The notes under the pieces were generated by a model. It was given only the letters and a program-made list of their open reading frames with translations. It ran no database searches and was not told the DNA's origin. The translations under genes and the position numbers were made by a program. 64,000 bases of DNA. It comes from Macrostomum lignano. Taxonomy: Eukaryota. Location: positions 186,001 to 250,000 of the forward strand of contig NIVC01000042.1 in NCBI GenBank assembly GCA_002269645.1. The letters run 5' to 3'. Positions 1-11,459 of this stretch are shown in pieces (within the stretch, counting starts at the first letter, position 1; each line of letters starts with the position of its first letter).

Positions 1-1003
1 CAGACTAAAATAGCCTGACTGGTTGGGCTGCAAAGTCCGATTCTATTTTGACAGAGTTGCTTCAAAACTGACACTCTATGGTTTGTGTACCCAAAAAGTC
101 CGCTTCATTTTTGACAACTCCGAATCAATATTGAACAGTTAACAATCAATTTTGACTAAGACATTTTTTGAAATAGATTTTGACAATTTTTACTAAGATT
201 TCTCTCTTGAGGGGGGGGTACTTGCTATTTGGGAGAAGGGGTACTGGCTGCATGTATCTACGAGTACATGTATGGGAATATTTCTATTTAGGGATGCTTG
301 CTAGAGTCCCTGCTCTCTCAAGGGACTCTAGCAAAAGGCCGGTCATTTAACATCCCAAGACAGCAAGCATCCACCCAGATAGCAAGCATCCACCCAGATA
401 GCAAGCATCCACCCAGATAGCAAGCATCCCCCAGATAGCAAGCATACACCCAGATAGCAAGCATACACCCAGATAGCAAGCATCCCTCAGATAGAAGCAT
501 CCACCCAGATAGCAAACATCCACCCAGATAGCAAACATCCACCCAGATAGCAAGCATCCACCCAGATAGCAAACATCCACCCAGATAGCAAGCATCCACC
601 CAGATAGCAAACATCCACCCAGATAGCAAGCATCCACCCAGATAGCAAACATCCACCCAGATAGCAAGCATCCACCCAGATAGCAAACATCCACCCAGAT
701 AGCAAGCATCCCTGGATAAAAATATTCCCATACATGTACTCGTAGATACATGCAGCCAGTACCCCTTCTCCCAAATAGCAAGTACCCCCCCCCTCAAGAG
801 AGAAATCTTAGTAAAAATTGTCAAAATCTATTTCAAAAAATGTCTTAGTCAAAATTGATTGCTAACTGTTCAATATTGATTCGGAGTTGTCAAAAACGAA
901 GCGGACTTTTTGGGTACACAAACCATAGAGTGTCAGTTTTGAAGCAACTCTGTCAAAATAGAATCAGACTTTGCAGCCCAACCAGTCAGGCTATTTTAGT
1001 CTG
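1..1003. repeat. Long inverted repeat (foldback-like element); arms 1-302 and 701-1003, left arm runs off the window start
   Basis: 1-302 is the near-exact reverse complement of 701-1003 (e.g. cagactaaaatag at 1 / ctattttagtctg at 991-1003), with few mismatches; many repeated TGTCAAAA motifs continue to about 1300. Confidence 0.85.
351..712 (+). repeat. 19-bp minisatellite (ccacccagatagcaagcat) forming the spacer of the inverted repeat
   Basis: Direct reading of about 19 tandem units; explains the repetitive ORFs 318-824, 347-781 and 487-774. Confidence 0.95.
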
Positions 1004-1410
1004 TGTGTCTAAAGGATGGAGAAAAATAAATTTTATCAATACTTGTAGATCCAAAAAGCAAAGTCAGAATAAGCTGATTTTGCACAGCTCACTTCAGCCC
1101 CGTTCAGGCTTTCATTGGATTACTTTGTTACCGAATTCTCCCAGGAGAAGTTGACTAAACGTGCATTGTCAAAATTGAACCAGAGTTTGTCAAAAATGAA
1201 GCTTGATCTGTCAATATTGATTGTAGATTTTGAGTGCCCGACCATAGAGTGTCAATATTGAAGAGGAGTTTGTCAGTTTCGAAGTTCTCCTTGTTCAAAA
1301 TCGAGGGTAAAATGGTGTAATAATAAGTTAGACTAATTATACGAGCGTATTACTTTGTCAGTCGCTCTTTTTAGGCTCAGAGCTAAAATGAAATACAGTT
1401 TGCATTTTGT

Positions 1411-1655
1411 GCCATAGACAAATTCCATTTTCTTGCGGGCCGAGAATCAGGACTTGCACTGAACTTAGACTGAAGCAAATGCAGTTTGACTCGCGGGCCG
1501 AAGAATGTCGTTTCTCGGCCCGCCCGCAAAATCAAGAAGGAATACAAATCCAGCAGGCTATCTAGGGCAAAAAGTCGGAAATCCTCGTGCCGCTTCGCGG
1601 CCCTCGGATTCTCCTCCTTTCTGCCCTAGAAAGCCTGAAGGATTTATATATTCCC
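1411..1655. mobile_element. Orphan end of a Crypton-like element
   Basis: gccatagacaa..gcgggccgagaa..gcgggccgaagaatgtcgtttctcggcccgc reproduces the motif order of the reverse complement of 4180-4295, the left end of the recombinase element; internal inverted repeat at about 1538-1573/1617-1653. Confidence 0.5.
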
Positions 1656-2214
1656 TAGATAGGCCAGTTTGTATTGCGGCTGTAGGGAAGTGCGACCGCT
1701 GTTTTTCGTCACTTGTGTGAAAAAAGCCGACATGGGTTGCTTACATTTTGAGTTCAGTAGCTTAGGGACATTGACGCCTTTTTGAGAATTTGATAGAACT
1801 TCTCATCAATTGAATAAAAAGCTACTCAATCAAACTAAGAATGATGCATTCACTGCAGAGACTCCTGTCACGAATTGCACATTTTTTACATTAGCTTCTA
1901 TGGCCACAAGAGGTTAATGAGTGGCCTATCTTGTGTACATGTATACATGATCTTCAGCTTGGGCGCATCCTCAGACGGGCATCCGTCTAAATAAAATTTT
2001 ATTTTAGAACAACAAGAACTTGCATTTTAGGATGCACCCAAGAACATAAAGACTCAAGCTGACCAGCTTTATGGCGCTCCGTGGCACATTGTCATTTTGC
2101 AAGGCCAGCACAGGAGCTACTTTGGTCACGAGCCAAATTTCTCGATGGTATATCGCTTCAAGAAGCACGTGTTCATCGTCTGGAAGACGCCTATGGTGTG
2201 AATGTCACCAAAAA

Positions 2215-3850
2215 GTGCTCTTGACTTACTTGACTTAGCTGCAGGGCTGTCCCGGAGGGGACACAGCGGGAAGGCGCGGGCGCCCATTCCGCTTATCCCT
2301 GAACGGCCGACGCGTCGCTATGGACGGAGGGTTGGCGCCGCCCAGGGAGGTCCCCCAGTGTCGCCAGCAGCTATAGTGCTCTCTGGAAAGGAGAGTTCAG
2401 CCCTGCGGGTGGCCCGAAGGTAGCGCATGAGCTGATTAAAGTTTTCGGGTTTGCACGCTTCAGTAATAGATGTGTGTGGCCCGAGGTAAGTGAGTCTGGC
2501 CCGCGTGAAGGCGGGACAGATGCTGACGAAATGCTCAGCGGTTTCGTCACCTGAGTTGCAGAAACTATAGGTGGCGTTGGTGGCGTTGCCCTGCAGGTAC
2601 TGGTGCCTGGAGAAGCAGCCGTGACCAGAAAGGGTCATGGTGGCAGCCCGGATGTCTCTGCGCGAGAGGCGCAAGAGGAGCTTCCGGAGCTGGTGAGAGG
2701 GCTGAGGGACAGCGCCTCTGGATTGCCTGCAGTTCGTGCGGTTCGCCCAAGTCGAGCAGTGCTGAGTCCTGATCCACGCTTTGATGCGCGAGTCGATGAC
2801 ACAGCCAGGAATCGGGACAAGAGGTTCGGGGCCGAGAGAGGAGCCGGAGGCACCAACTCTCGGCCAAGTGCTCTGTGGAGTGATGAAATGCTGGTTTTGA
2901 ATTTGAGCGGAGGGCAGAGCGTGGACGGGATTCACCGACCGAGAGGGTCAGCTGGCCTCCCGCTGCTTCCAGGTCTCGCAGGCTGAGATTGTCGCGCAGG
3001 CGGAGGTTCCGCTTTCTGATGAGGACACCCGCGTCAAGCAAAACGGCGGGTGGTCTTCATTGCCTCCCCTCTGACAAAGGGATCAAGTGGTGGAAGGTTC
3101 AGGAAGGAGTTCATCCCAGCAAAGGGCGTAGAAAGAGCCGCGCTCATGATAGCTCGACAAGCGCGGCCTTGCACCCTGTTGAGAGCTTCAAGAACCCATT
3201 TTACCTCTAGGGCACTGTTCCAAATGTAGCCGGCGAAGGAGATAGCCTGTCTCACGATGGCAGTGTAAACTCACCAGAGGCGGCGGGGGTGAGGCTTCAG
3301 GTAGCGCCGAAAGCTCTGCGGATCTGCGCGAGAGTCGCGGGAGCTTTGCGGGCTTTGGTTTGGACGTGTGGGTTCCAGCTGAAACTATGGTCGAGGGTGA
3401 CGCCCAGACATCTGGTTTGTTTCCCCATGGCATAGAGGGAGAGCGGTTCGATTCCCCTGTTTCGGCGGTTGGTGAACGTGATAGAGACGGTTTTAGACTC
3501 AGAGAATGTGAGACAGCAGCTGTGCGCCCAGCTCTCAGCACGGTGGATGAAGGGCTTGGAGGTCTCTGAAGACTGCGGGTGATAGTTCAGCCACAGTGGC
3601 GGTAACGTCGTCCGCATAGCTGACCTTCTTCCATGGATCCAGTTCCATGGGCTCCTCCCTGGTGGTTTACTTGATCGAGGGCGAAGCACCCGCGTGCTCG
3701 GCCCGGTCGCAATGGTGATACTGGACTGGGGGTTGCTGCAGTTTCGGTCTTTGGCGTCATAGTGTTCTGGGCGGGTTTCCGTCCCTTCCCACGTCCGCCT
3801 GTCGCTGCAGCCTTGGGCCTCTGTATCTTTTCTGGCGCTGTCTTGAGTGG
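2215..3850 (-). mobile_element. Degraded, internally deleted non-LTR retrotransposon (I/R1 group, Loa-like)
   Basis: Minus strand gives SYADDVT at about 3620, GVTLDHSFSWNPHV, NRVQGRACRAIMSA..STPF and a C-terminal LSGHG..C..ETAEHFVSICP; frameshifts and stops; short (AAGT)-type tail near 2220-2237. Confidence 0.85.
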
Positions 3851-4096
3851 CCTTCCCTAATATCACTGGTAAATGTATAGAAGAATCAATATGCATGTAC
3901 AAGAGACCACAAGGGATCTACTCGTATTTCTTGATAATTCTGTACATAATAAAGAAACATAACCGGAGCCATACGAAAACATACGCTACCACTAGAAGTA
4001 GTTTGATATTCAGCTACTGTAATGGCAGGTAGCAGTTAGTAATGGCAGCTTGTTGACTTTTTAGCTCCTCATTGAACTGGGCGCAGTGGCAATATA

Positions 4097-6170
4097 TTAA
4101 TATAGTTAGGCTGATTCGCTCATTTCTGTCCAAGACAGCCTAACTAAATTAGTATTGTAGCCAATCTAAGCCTGCCAACGCAGCGGGCGAGAAATGCCAT
4201 TTCACGCCCGCTGAATCCATTCTATGGTCAAATTCCATTTGAAGTAAGCTATTGGCTTCATTTCTCGCCCGCTTCTTCTTCACTTGTCTATGGCCTAAGC
4301 ACTCGAGACCTGTCATATTAATTCATGTTGAAGTCATGTTAGAAAGAAAAATCCATCGTGTTTTTATTTCTTTACTGTTTGTCGAATATGCTCCGTTATT
4401 CTTCAATACGCGAAGACGAAATTAGTGGATTGAGCTCAGATGAGCTCGATTTCATCACGCATCTCGATCCTCGGGACCATGTCGACAGAATTGGAAAATG
4501 GACAGGGCTGACGGATGAGCAAGAGAGGCTAATTGATGAGGAACTACGCAATCCTACGCCGGAAGATCAGGTTGGAAACCTGTTTCGTGAATTGACCGAA
4601 GAAGAAGAAGCTGGCCTACATCATGTGGAGCAAGAAAGTAAACGGAAGTCGACAGTTAAGCAATCTGAATCGCATATTCGCAAACTAAAAGAGTTTCTAC
4701 GCGCGGAGAATTTACCTGATCACATCGAGAATATGCCAGTGAGGTATCTCAACTCCTATCTACGCCTGTTCTTCGTTCAGTTAAAAACAGCTGATGGAAA
4801 GCCATATGCTGTAAGTACACTGACGTGTTTTCGCGCGTCTGTGCACCGGTATTTATTAGAGAAGCGAAATCTGAAGCTGATTGGCAACGATGCGTTCTTA
4901 TCGTTTGATCGAACGTACAAGGCTATGTTGGTCAAATCGCTTCAGCTAAAAAAGGCTGTAGGCAGCGGTCCAAAGAACTGTCCAATTGACGACGAAGATT
5001 TCAACCGCCTACGCCTCTTTTTCGATCGTTCGACGCCAACTCGATTGCAATTTGAAGTTCTGTTCAAGATTGTTTATGGCTTTGGTTTTCGCGGCAGGGA
5101 GTGGCTACGAGAGTTGACTAAGGCCGATGTGAAAATTTACGAGCATGACGGTGTTCGCTATGTGGACCTGCTGAAGACATCTATCGAAAAAACTGTGTCT
5201 GATAGTAATCCGTCGACATCTAAGAGCATTATCTTAGCCGAGACACCGGATTATCCGGGCACATGTCCTGTACGGGCGATTGAGTTGTATCTGTCGGTCA
5301 TTCCAGCAGATGTTGCCTGTCTCTGGCCCAAGCCTTTGAATCAAGCCAACAAAGACGGTATGTGGTACCACAAGACCCTGGTGCTTGGCAAGAATTGGTT
5401 GAACGATTTTATGAAAAAACTGTGCGATCAGGCTGGTCTGGGTTGCCGTTCCCACACAAATCATTGCATTCGAGCGTCGGTTGTGTCAAACCTTATCGAA
5501 GATGAAGTCAGTAGATCAGACATTCAAGTCGTAACCGGCCACAAAAGAATCGAGAGTGTGGACCTCTACAACAAGAGAATGAAGTTCTCGAAGAAGGTAA
5601 ATCTATCAAACACTATTAGTCGTCGACTGGCTGTTCCAGGCCGGTCTGAAACAAGCTTTACCGCATCGAACACGTCGGTTGTATCGACTGGAGACGTAAT
5701 CGAGAGATCGGCTACCGACTGCTCGACTAGCTCTGTTGTGCCGACTAAGAACTCATTCACGAGATCAGCTACCAACTACTCTATTGCAGTCGGCAGTTCC
5801 CAGAGTGCAAGCTCACTGTTTGGAAATTGCAAGTTTGAAAATTGTACGTTTAACTTTAATCAATCAAACTAAGGTCAGGAGGTATACCGCGTGAGAAATC
5901 TAAAGACTGTCAATGGACTATATATCTAATGTTTATCTCATGTTAATGTTAATATCTCATGTTAATGCTAATATTAGCTGAAAATATACACATAGTTTCT
6001 TTGTGCCCACTTGGGGCCATAGACAACTTTTGCTGGCGGGCAGACATCGTTGCTTTCACCCTCGTTTCGGCAGGCTTAGGACTGCTACAATTGCTTTTTT
6101 GCATCAGGCAAAGACAGAAAAAACTTTCTTGCATTCACTTGTTGTATGCAGGGCTGCTGTGCTATACAAT
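4097..6170 (+). mobile_element. Crypton-like tyrosine-recombinase DNA transposon (approximate ends)
   Basis: Recombinase ORF flanked by inverted motifs: ttgtctatggcc 4284-4295 / ggccatagacaa 6015-6026; ctaagcctgcc 4166-4176 / ggcaggcttag 6069-6079; attgtagc 4154-4161 / gctacaat 6084-6091. Outer ends are inferred. Confidence 0.7.
4388..5872 (+). CDS. Tyrosine recombinase, DUF3504/Crypton type (494 aa from first ATG; ORF open from 4358)
   Basis: Intronless ORF with F..LKTADGKPYAVSTL core-binding motif, FGFRGRE (catalytic R), CPVRAIELY, TNHCIR (HxxR), TGHK (H) and VDLY (Tyr nucleophile); ends in FENCTFNF-like tail. Confidence 0.9.
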   Translation: MLRYSSIREDEISGLSSDELDFITHLDPRDHVDRIGKWTGLTDEQERLIDEELRNPTPEDQVGNLFRELTEEEEAGLHHVEQESKRKSTVKQSESHIRKLKEFLRAENLPDHIENMPVRYLNSYLRLFFVQLKTADGKPYAVSTLTCFRASVHRYLLEKRNLKLIGNDAFLSFDRTYKAMLVKSLQLKKAVGSGPKNCPIDDEDFNRLRLFFDRSTPTRLQFEVLFKIVYGFGFRGREWLRELTKADVKIYEHDGVRYVDLLKTSIEKTVSDSNPSTSKSIILAETPDYPGTCPVRAIELYLSVIPADVACLWPKPLNQANKDGMWYHKTLVLGKNWLNDFMKKLCDQAGLGCRSHTNHCIRASVVSNLIEDEVSRSDIQVVTGHKRIESVDLYNKRMKFSKKVNLSNTISRRLAVPGRSETSFTASNTSVVSTGDVIERSATDCSTSSVVPTKNSFTRSATNYSIAVGSSQSASSLFGNCKFENCTFNFNQSN

Positions 6171-6836
6171 ACAATATCTTTGTAGGTTCTCTCGCTGCGC
6201 ATAATTTTGCTCTTATTTCGCATTCAACAAAAGCATTCTGCCGGCAACAGCAAAGAAGTAAATCAATTAGGGGTCTTGCAAGTGTATCTAGGGCTAGACT
6301 GCTCTCAGACCTGGGACTGCCCGCTTCTGACAGTGCACAACGCACGAGATTCCAAGGCGCAAAGCATTAAACTCAATTCAACGAATTTCTATTCATCTCG
6401 GCACTCTCTAGTCCTTCTCTGTCTGTATCTTCTGTCCCTATTATACGTTGCCCTGGCCTGCCGTTGTCATAAACACTCTAAACTCTAAACTAAGAGAGGC
6501 AGAAGTCTCTGGGAGAGGAGTGGCCGCAGGCAACGTGTTGCTGCAAAAACGTGGGCTTACGGGTCTAGAATCTAGAAAACTGTTTTTTCTTGCAACAAGA
6601 GCAGCTCTTGGGATTCATTCTCAGCATTTTACAATAATTAATTAATTCGTTAATTACTTCATTCTCGTTGCTTACTCACGTAAAATGTGGCCTACGTAGG
6701 CAAATTAAGTGTCGCGTAGATATGCAATTTCTATCAATAATGGCTCGAATTTTGTAATATAATAAACACTGTTTAATAGTACATTAAGGGCTTTAAGGGC
6801 GTTAATGGGAAAATCAGAGGGCGCCGTTAGGGACTC

Positions 6837-7942
6837 ATGGTTCTCAAGCCAACCGAAGATCTCACGAAATCCGACCTGAATCATTTGGTCCAGTATTTTG
6901 TGTTCAAAGTTCGTAAAGAGAACGGAGAAAAGTTCCCACCTGGCACCCTCAAAGATCTAGTCTCCATGATCTAACACCACTTTTTTACGGACTCTTTCCA
7001 TCTGGACTGACGACGAGTTCGCTGAAACGCGACGTGCGCTAGATGCTGCCATGCGAGAGACCGCCCGGGAAGGACAACTCAATGTTAACGGGCAGCTGCA
7101 CCAATTGCTTCGGATATTGAGAATATCTTATGGGAGCGAGGTTCATTAGGAGATGATTCTCCAAAGGTGCTACTCAACACCCTAATATTCATGATCGGTA
7201 AAGTCTTCGGATTGCGAGGCGGTAGTTACACAGACTCGAAATCAAAAAGCACCTGCAGCTTTCTATCGAGGGCACGGACGATTTTCTCGTGTACAAAGAG
7301 AGTTCCGTTTCAAAGACAAGGCCTTGTGGTTTGAAGACATTTAATAGGCCGCTTACGCAAAACACTGTGTTTCACACTCCCGGTCATGTTCGTTGCCTAG
7401 TGTTTCTGCATAAGTACGTTGGCAATCGTCCGCCAGGGTGCTCTAAGCCGCAGCTATTTCTATCGTGCATCCGCAAGGAAGACACTATTCGCTACGGCAG
7501 GTGGTACCAAAATCAATCGCTTGGTCTCCACAGTTTGGAAGCTGTTGTTCGGAATCTGGTTGTTTGTCTACCTGAACCAAGTTCAAGTCTCTACACGAAT
7601 CAGAGTCTTAGAAAGACTTGTGCCACCACGCTTCGGGATGCTGGGATGTCAAGGCCAGAAGTTGCTCGTTTTACCGGTTATTCTTCATCTGCGATGGAGC
7701 GTTGCATTGGGCCATCAGCTACAGTTGCTCTACTGGCCTCTGATGTTCTGCAGAATGTTTCTGTCTCGTCTGGATCATCGGCTTCGTCTGTTGAATCGTC
7801 TGAGCAAACTGGCGCTGTCTCGGCGTCATCTGGTGAATTGTCTGTGCAAGTCGGCGCCGATCGAGCCACAGACGGGCGTCGTCTGGGTGTCAAGTCTATT
7901 GTCGTTGAAAATGGGCGGCTGGAAACAACGTTCCGTGACTAA
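6837..7942 (+). pseudogene. Degenerate second DUF3504/Crypton tyrosine recombinase (ZMYM/QRICH1-like subtype)
   Basis: Fragments FKVRKENGEKFPPGTL, stop at 6972-6974, DEFAETRRALDAAMR, LWERGSLGDDSPKVLLNTLIFMIGKVFGLRGG, YTNQSLRKTCAT..FTGY; about three frameshifts; catalytic His, His and Tyr positions read Q, Y and C. Confidence 0.85.
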
Positions 7943-8210
7943 GAGGATGTACATGTAAGAACTCTCATCCGTAAACTGTTTGAACTGGATCATACAAGTT
8001 GAGTATGCTAAGTTTTGTTGTCATGTCAGTTGTATTTTTTGCTAAATATACTGTTGGCTTGTTCACTTCAATGCTCCTGATTTCGAGGAGATTATATTTC
8101 TAGAACTTTAAAATTAGCTAAAAATTAATTATTAAAAATAGATGATATTACGCATAGTACAAGTAGTTTATGTTTTTGATAAATTGGCCAGTTCCACTGA
8201 ATATTTTAAT

Positions 8211-8998
8211 TTATTCAACCGGCGTCTTCCACACGATGAAGATGAACTTCTCGAAGCGGAACACAAACGAGGAGCCGGGCTCGTGGCCGTAGAAGCACCA
8301 GAACTGCCCGTTCACAATGACAGTATGCCACAAGGCGCCGAACATGCGATCAGCAGCAACCTTGATGTTCTTTGCCACGTCCTGGATTAAGTTAAAATGG
8401 TCCAAATGCATGTAATTAAAAGCTTAGTTTGCTCCTTTTCCAAGAATTCAAAGTGCACATTGACTAACCTTCATTGCACCTGTCGAGCGCAGTGTCTCGA
8501 TGCAGAGCTGGGCGATCTTGATCTGCCACGTGATGCTCATATCGCCGGAGATGTAAACTACACCTGCCGGCAGGCTGGTGACGCTGCTGCCACTGACTCG
8601 GGTGCGGACCTCCGACATGCTGGAACAGGACAGATAATTCGACTGTGTATTGGATATACGGATCGCGCTCAGGCCTTGCATGTAAAAACGATGCACTTAC
8701 AGCTGCCTGAAGTTGAGTCCGAGCACGTCGCAGTACTCCTCAACTTCGATAGTGCCAGAGTTGTCTTTGTCAAACAGGCGGAGCCATTTCTGCCAGTCAA
8801 GTACAAGTTTGCGAATTATCTTTAAAAACGTCTGTTCTATGAGTGAACAACTATTCAATAGTTTGCAAGTACGTAACTCACGGCAACGAAAGCGTCATCG
8901 TAGTTGTTCTTCTTCATGTAGGCGGTCAGCTCCGCTGCTGAGATCTTACCCTTGCCCTGGGTGTCAATGGCGAGCCAGGCATTCTTGAAGGCGTCCAT
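8211..8998 (-). CDS. TAL: Tegument-allergen-like protein 1 (2 EF-hands + dynein light chain domain), 175 aa; exons 8998-8882, 8789-8701, 8619-8469, 8381-8211
   Basis: GT-AG introns with consistent phases; MDAFKNAWLAIDTQGKGKISAAEL..FDKDNSGTIEVEEYC (EF-hands) then DMSITWQ..IKVAADRMFGALWHTVIVNGQFW..FRFEKFIFIVWKTP (DLC fold). Confidence 0.9.
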
Positions 8999-10079
8999 GT
9001 TGGCTGTTTTTGGGTTCGGTTTTACGCAGTTGACCACTTATAGTAAAGGAAGCTTCTTGGCCGATGGACCGCGGGAATCTGCGGCGCCTTTCGCTTCGTA
9101 TTTGTATTTTTCCCAGCCAATGACAGGACCCGGTTTGGACGCATTGACTCTCAAAAGTGCTCTTGCTTACTTTCGCTCGTGAGCCTAAAATGGCTGAGGT
9201 GGGCTGCTAAGGTGATGCGGTTCACATTTTTTTGTCTAGACACTTCTCGTCTCCTCACAATAGCATTTTCTCCAATACGCGTTTCCTAGTAAATAGATGC
9301 ATCTTAAGCATAAAGCAAAATCAAATTCAGCTCTTGGACAAAACGGAGCACCTATACTAGCGGCATCAATATTCACATCAAATCCATTGGACAAAATCGC
9401 TGATAAACTATTCGATAGATCTACCAAACAAGCTGATAGAGGTGACAAGCGAGACGGCCCCCATTTGGGGTCATCCAGATCGCCTGAACTGGCGCACAGA
9501 AAAAATGTTTAGAAAATAGACTGGATTAAACCACCTCTTACCTTTCTTGAGACAGTCTGTCTGTCGGTGGCTAACAGCAGCACTCGCTGACCCAGCCAGT
9601 GGCCAGACTGGGGCACAATTGACGCCCTTAGAGACCTTGACTGTCTGCAAGAATGAAAGCGAGAGGGAGAGAGACGCTGTCGCAACAGTGGCACGAGTTT
9701 AGTGCCTAGTCTGCCTGGCAATCTCCATTCTAAACTGCATTAAAAGAGTGATAAAAAGCGGCATTCATTGAAATTTTAAAGCAAGTTTTCTTGGAACTAA
9801 TAATCGGACGAATGCAGACCATGGGCGGCTTGGTAGTCATGGGCATCCTTGTTCAGGGCTTTTCGGGCAGTGCTAGAGTTGCGTCAGTTTTTTTATTCCA
9901 CGCACTGAGTACAGCGTCAAAGAGAGGCCAAAAAAGTTTTACGCATAGCTTTAGTGCTGGCTCATACTCTCCAGCGTCTTCCAGCATGAAGTTCCTGAGT
10001 AGTAGCAGAGTTCAGTAGCGTGAGGGCAATGAAATACTGGTAGCAGTGTGCTTTGATCTCTGCGTAGAAGTGCGCTGAG

Positions 10080-10900
10080 TCAGCCCAGAACACTATCCGC
10101 TCTGCCCTGGCTCACCACTGCAGATCCCTCGGAAAACCGGGCAGAGAATAGGGATGCTGCCCCGGTGGCGGTCCCGTCCTCGACCAAGGAGACCACCCGG
10201 GAGGAGCCTATGGAACTGGAGCCCATCAGCAAAGTGGAATGGTCAGCTCTCCTGCACAACTCGCCCTGAGCCAGTAGGAAGCTGCGCGGATCACCCGTGG
10301 AATTCCTGGAGTGGGCATTGCGGCCTCGACCAAACTGATACAGGGGACGAAGTTTGAAATCGACGAAAGGTCAGATTCCAAATATTCCTGCTAGTTTTGA
10401 TTGTTTTCAGGACCGTCAGAACCCCAGGGCAGCTATATTCCTGCCTACCCATCTCAAAGTTAGCATAGATCGGACTTCTTTGACAGAGACCTCTTTGACA
10501 GAGACCTCTTAGACAGAGACCGCTTTGACAGAGCCACCCTTGCCTCCCACGGCCTGACTCCTCTGATCAAGGACTGGGAGGTGTGAGATGAAGAGTCTGA
10601 CCATCGCTTCGTTCGTTCGTGGCAATCCTCCCGCCTTAAACCAAAAATCCTGTGGAAAAGGTACGTCCGAAACAGTCTGGTCGGCTTTCAAGGAAACCCT
10701 GAAATGACAGGCAGATCAGCTAACAACCGCTTCCCACCGCTTCGCTGACAGGTTCCCACCACCTGTCAGCAAGCGGATGACCTCGCGGACGTGCTCAGCA
10801 AGACCGTCCTGACAGCTCTTGACGCCTCTTACAGCCTACAAAGGCAAAAAATCCGCTTTTTGGTGGCACCCGGTGCTTGGATCGCTCCGACGCAGGCAAC
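10080..10900 (+). mobile_element. Degraded LINE 5' region / APE endonuclease remnant
   Basis: Shares cagaacactat and accacc.gggaggagcc.atggaactgga with the minus-strand LINE at about 3610-3770; translated fragments PRAAIF and SDHRF resemble APE motifs; many stops. Confidence 0.55.
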
Positions 10901-11459
10901 TTGTCTCCAACGGAAAGCTCACACGAACAAAGACCCAGCTGACCTGGCCGCGCTTATTAAGAAGCAATCAGCGACTTTAAGCGTGAAACCAGGAAGGCCG
11001 TACCTGGTATAATGTCCATGCTTCAATACTATTGTATACATGTAATGTAAAGTAACAAAATTTTTGAGAAACTGTCATTTGCGCGCGTTTGCCACATGAG
11101 ATACTTTTTAAAATTTCCACCTGTAATGTATTTGTTTTATCTTACGAGTAATATCTTGCAAATAAACATTGACATTCAATTCACCAATGCTAAAGCTTAG
11201 TTTGCCTATGATATCGCATACTCATTGCGTTTAAACCTGTGCACGTACACATGCACATGAGAGCCCAGAGCCGAGGGCCAAGAGGCAAATAATAAAGTTG
11301 GTTGAGCTACGAGCTCGAATGCATACTCACAACGGATTGCCTTCACACTGACCTCCGAGAGCAGGGGAACAAAATGCCACCTGTCAAGTAGAGGTGAGCC
11401 CTGAGCCTGAGCCCTGAGTAGTTCCTTATTAACAAAATTCATAAATTAGCGCGTCTCTT

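Noticed and set aside
318-824. Cys/Trp-rich repetitive ORFs
   Set aside because: Translations of the 19-bp minisatellite, open in several frames.
4388-5872. Prophage or bacterial integrase / contamination
   Set aside because: Motifs fit eukaryotic DUF3504 Cryptons, and the neighbours are spliced animal genes and SINEs.
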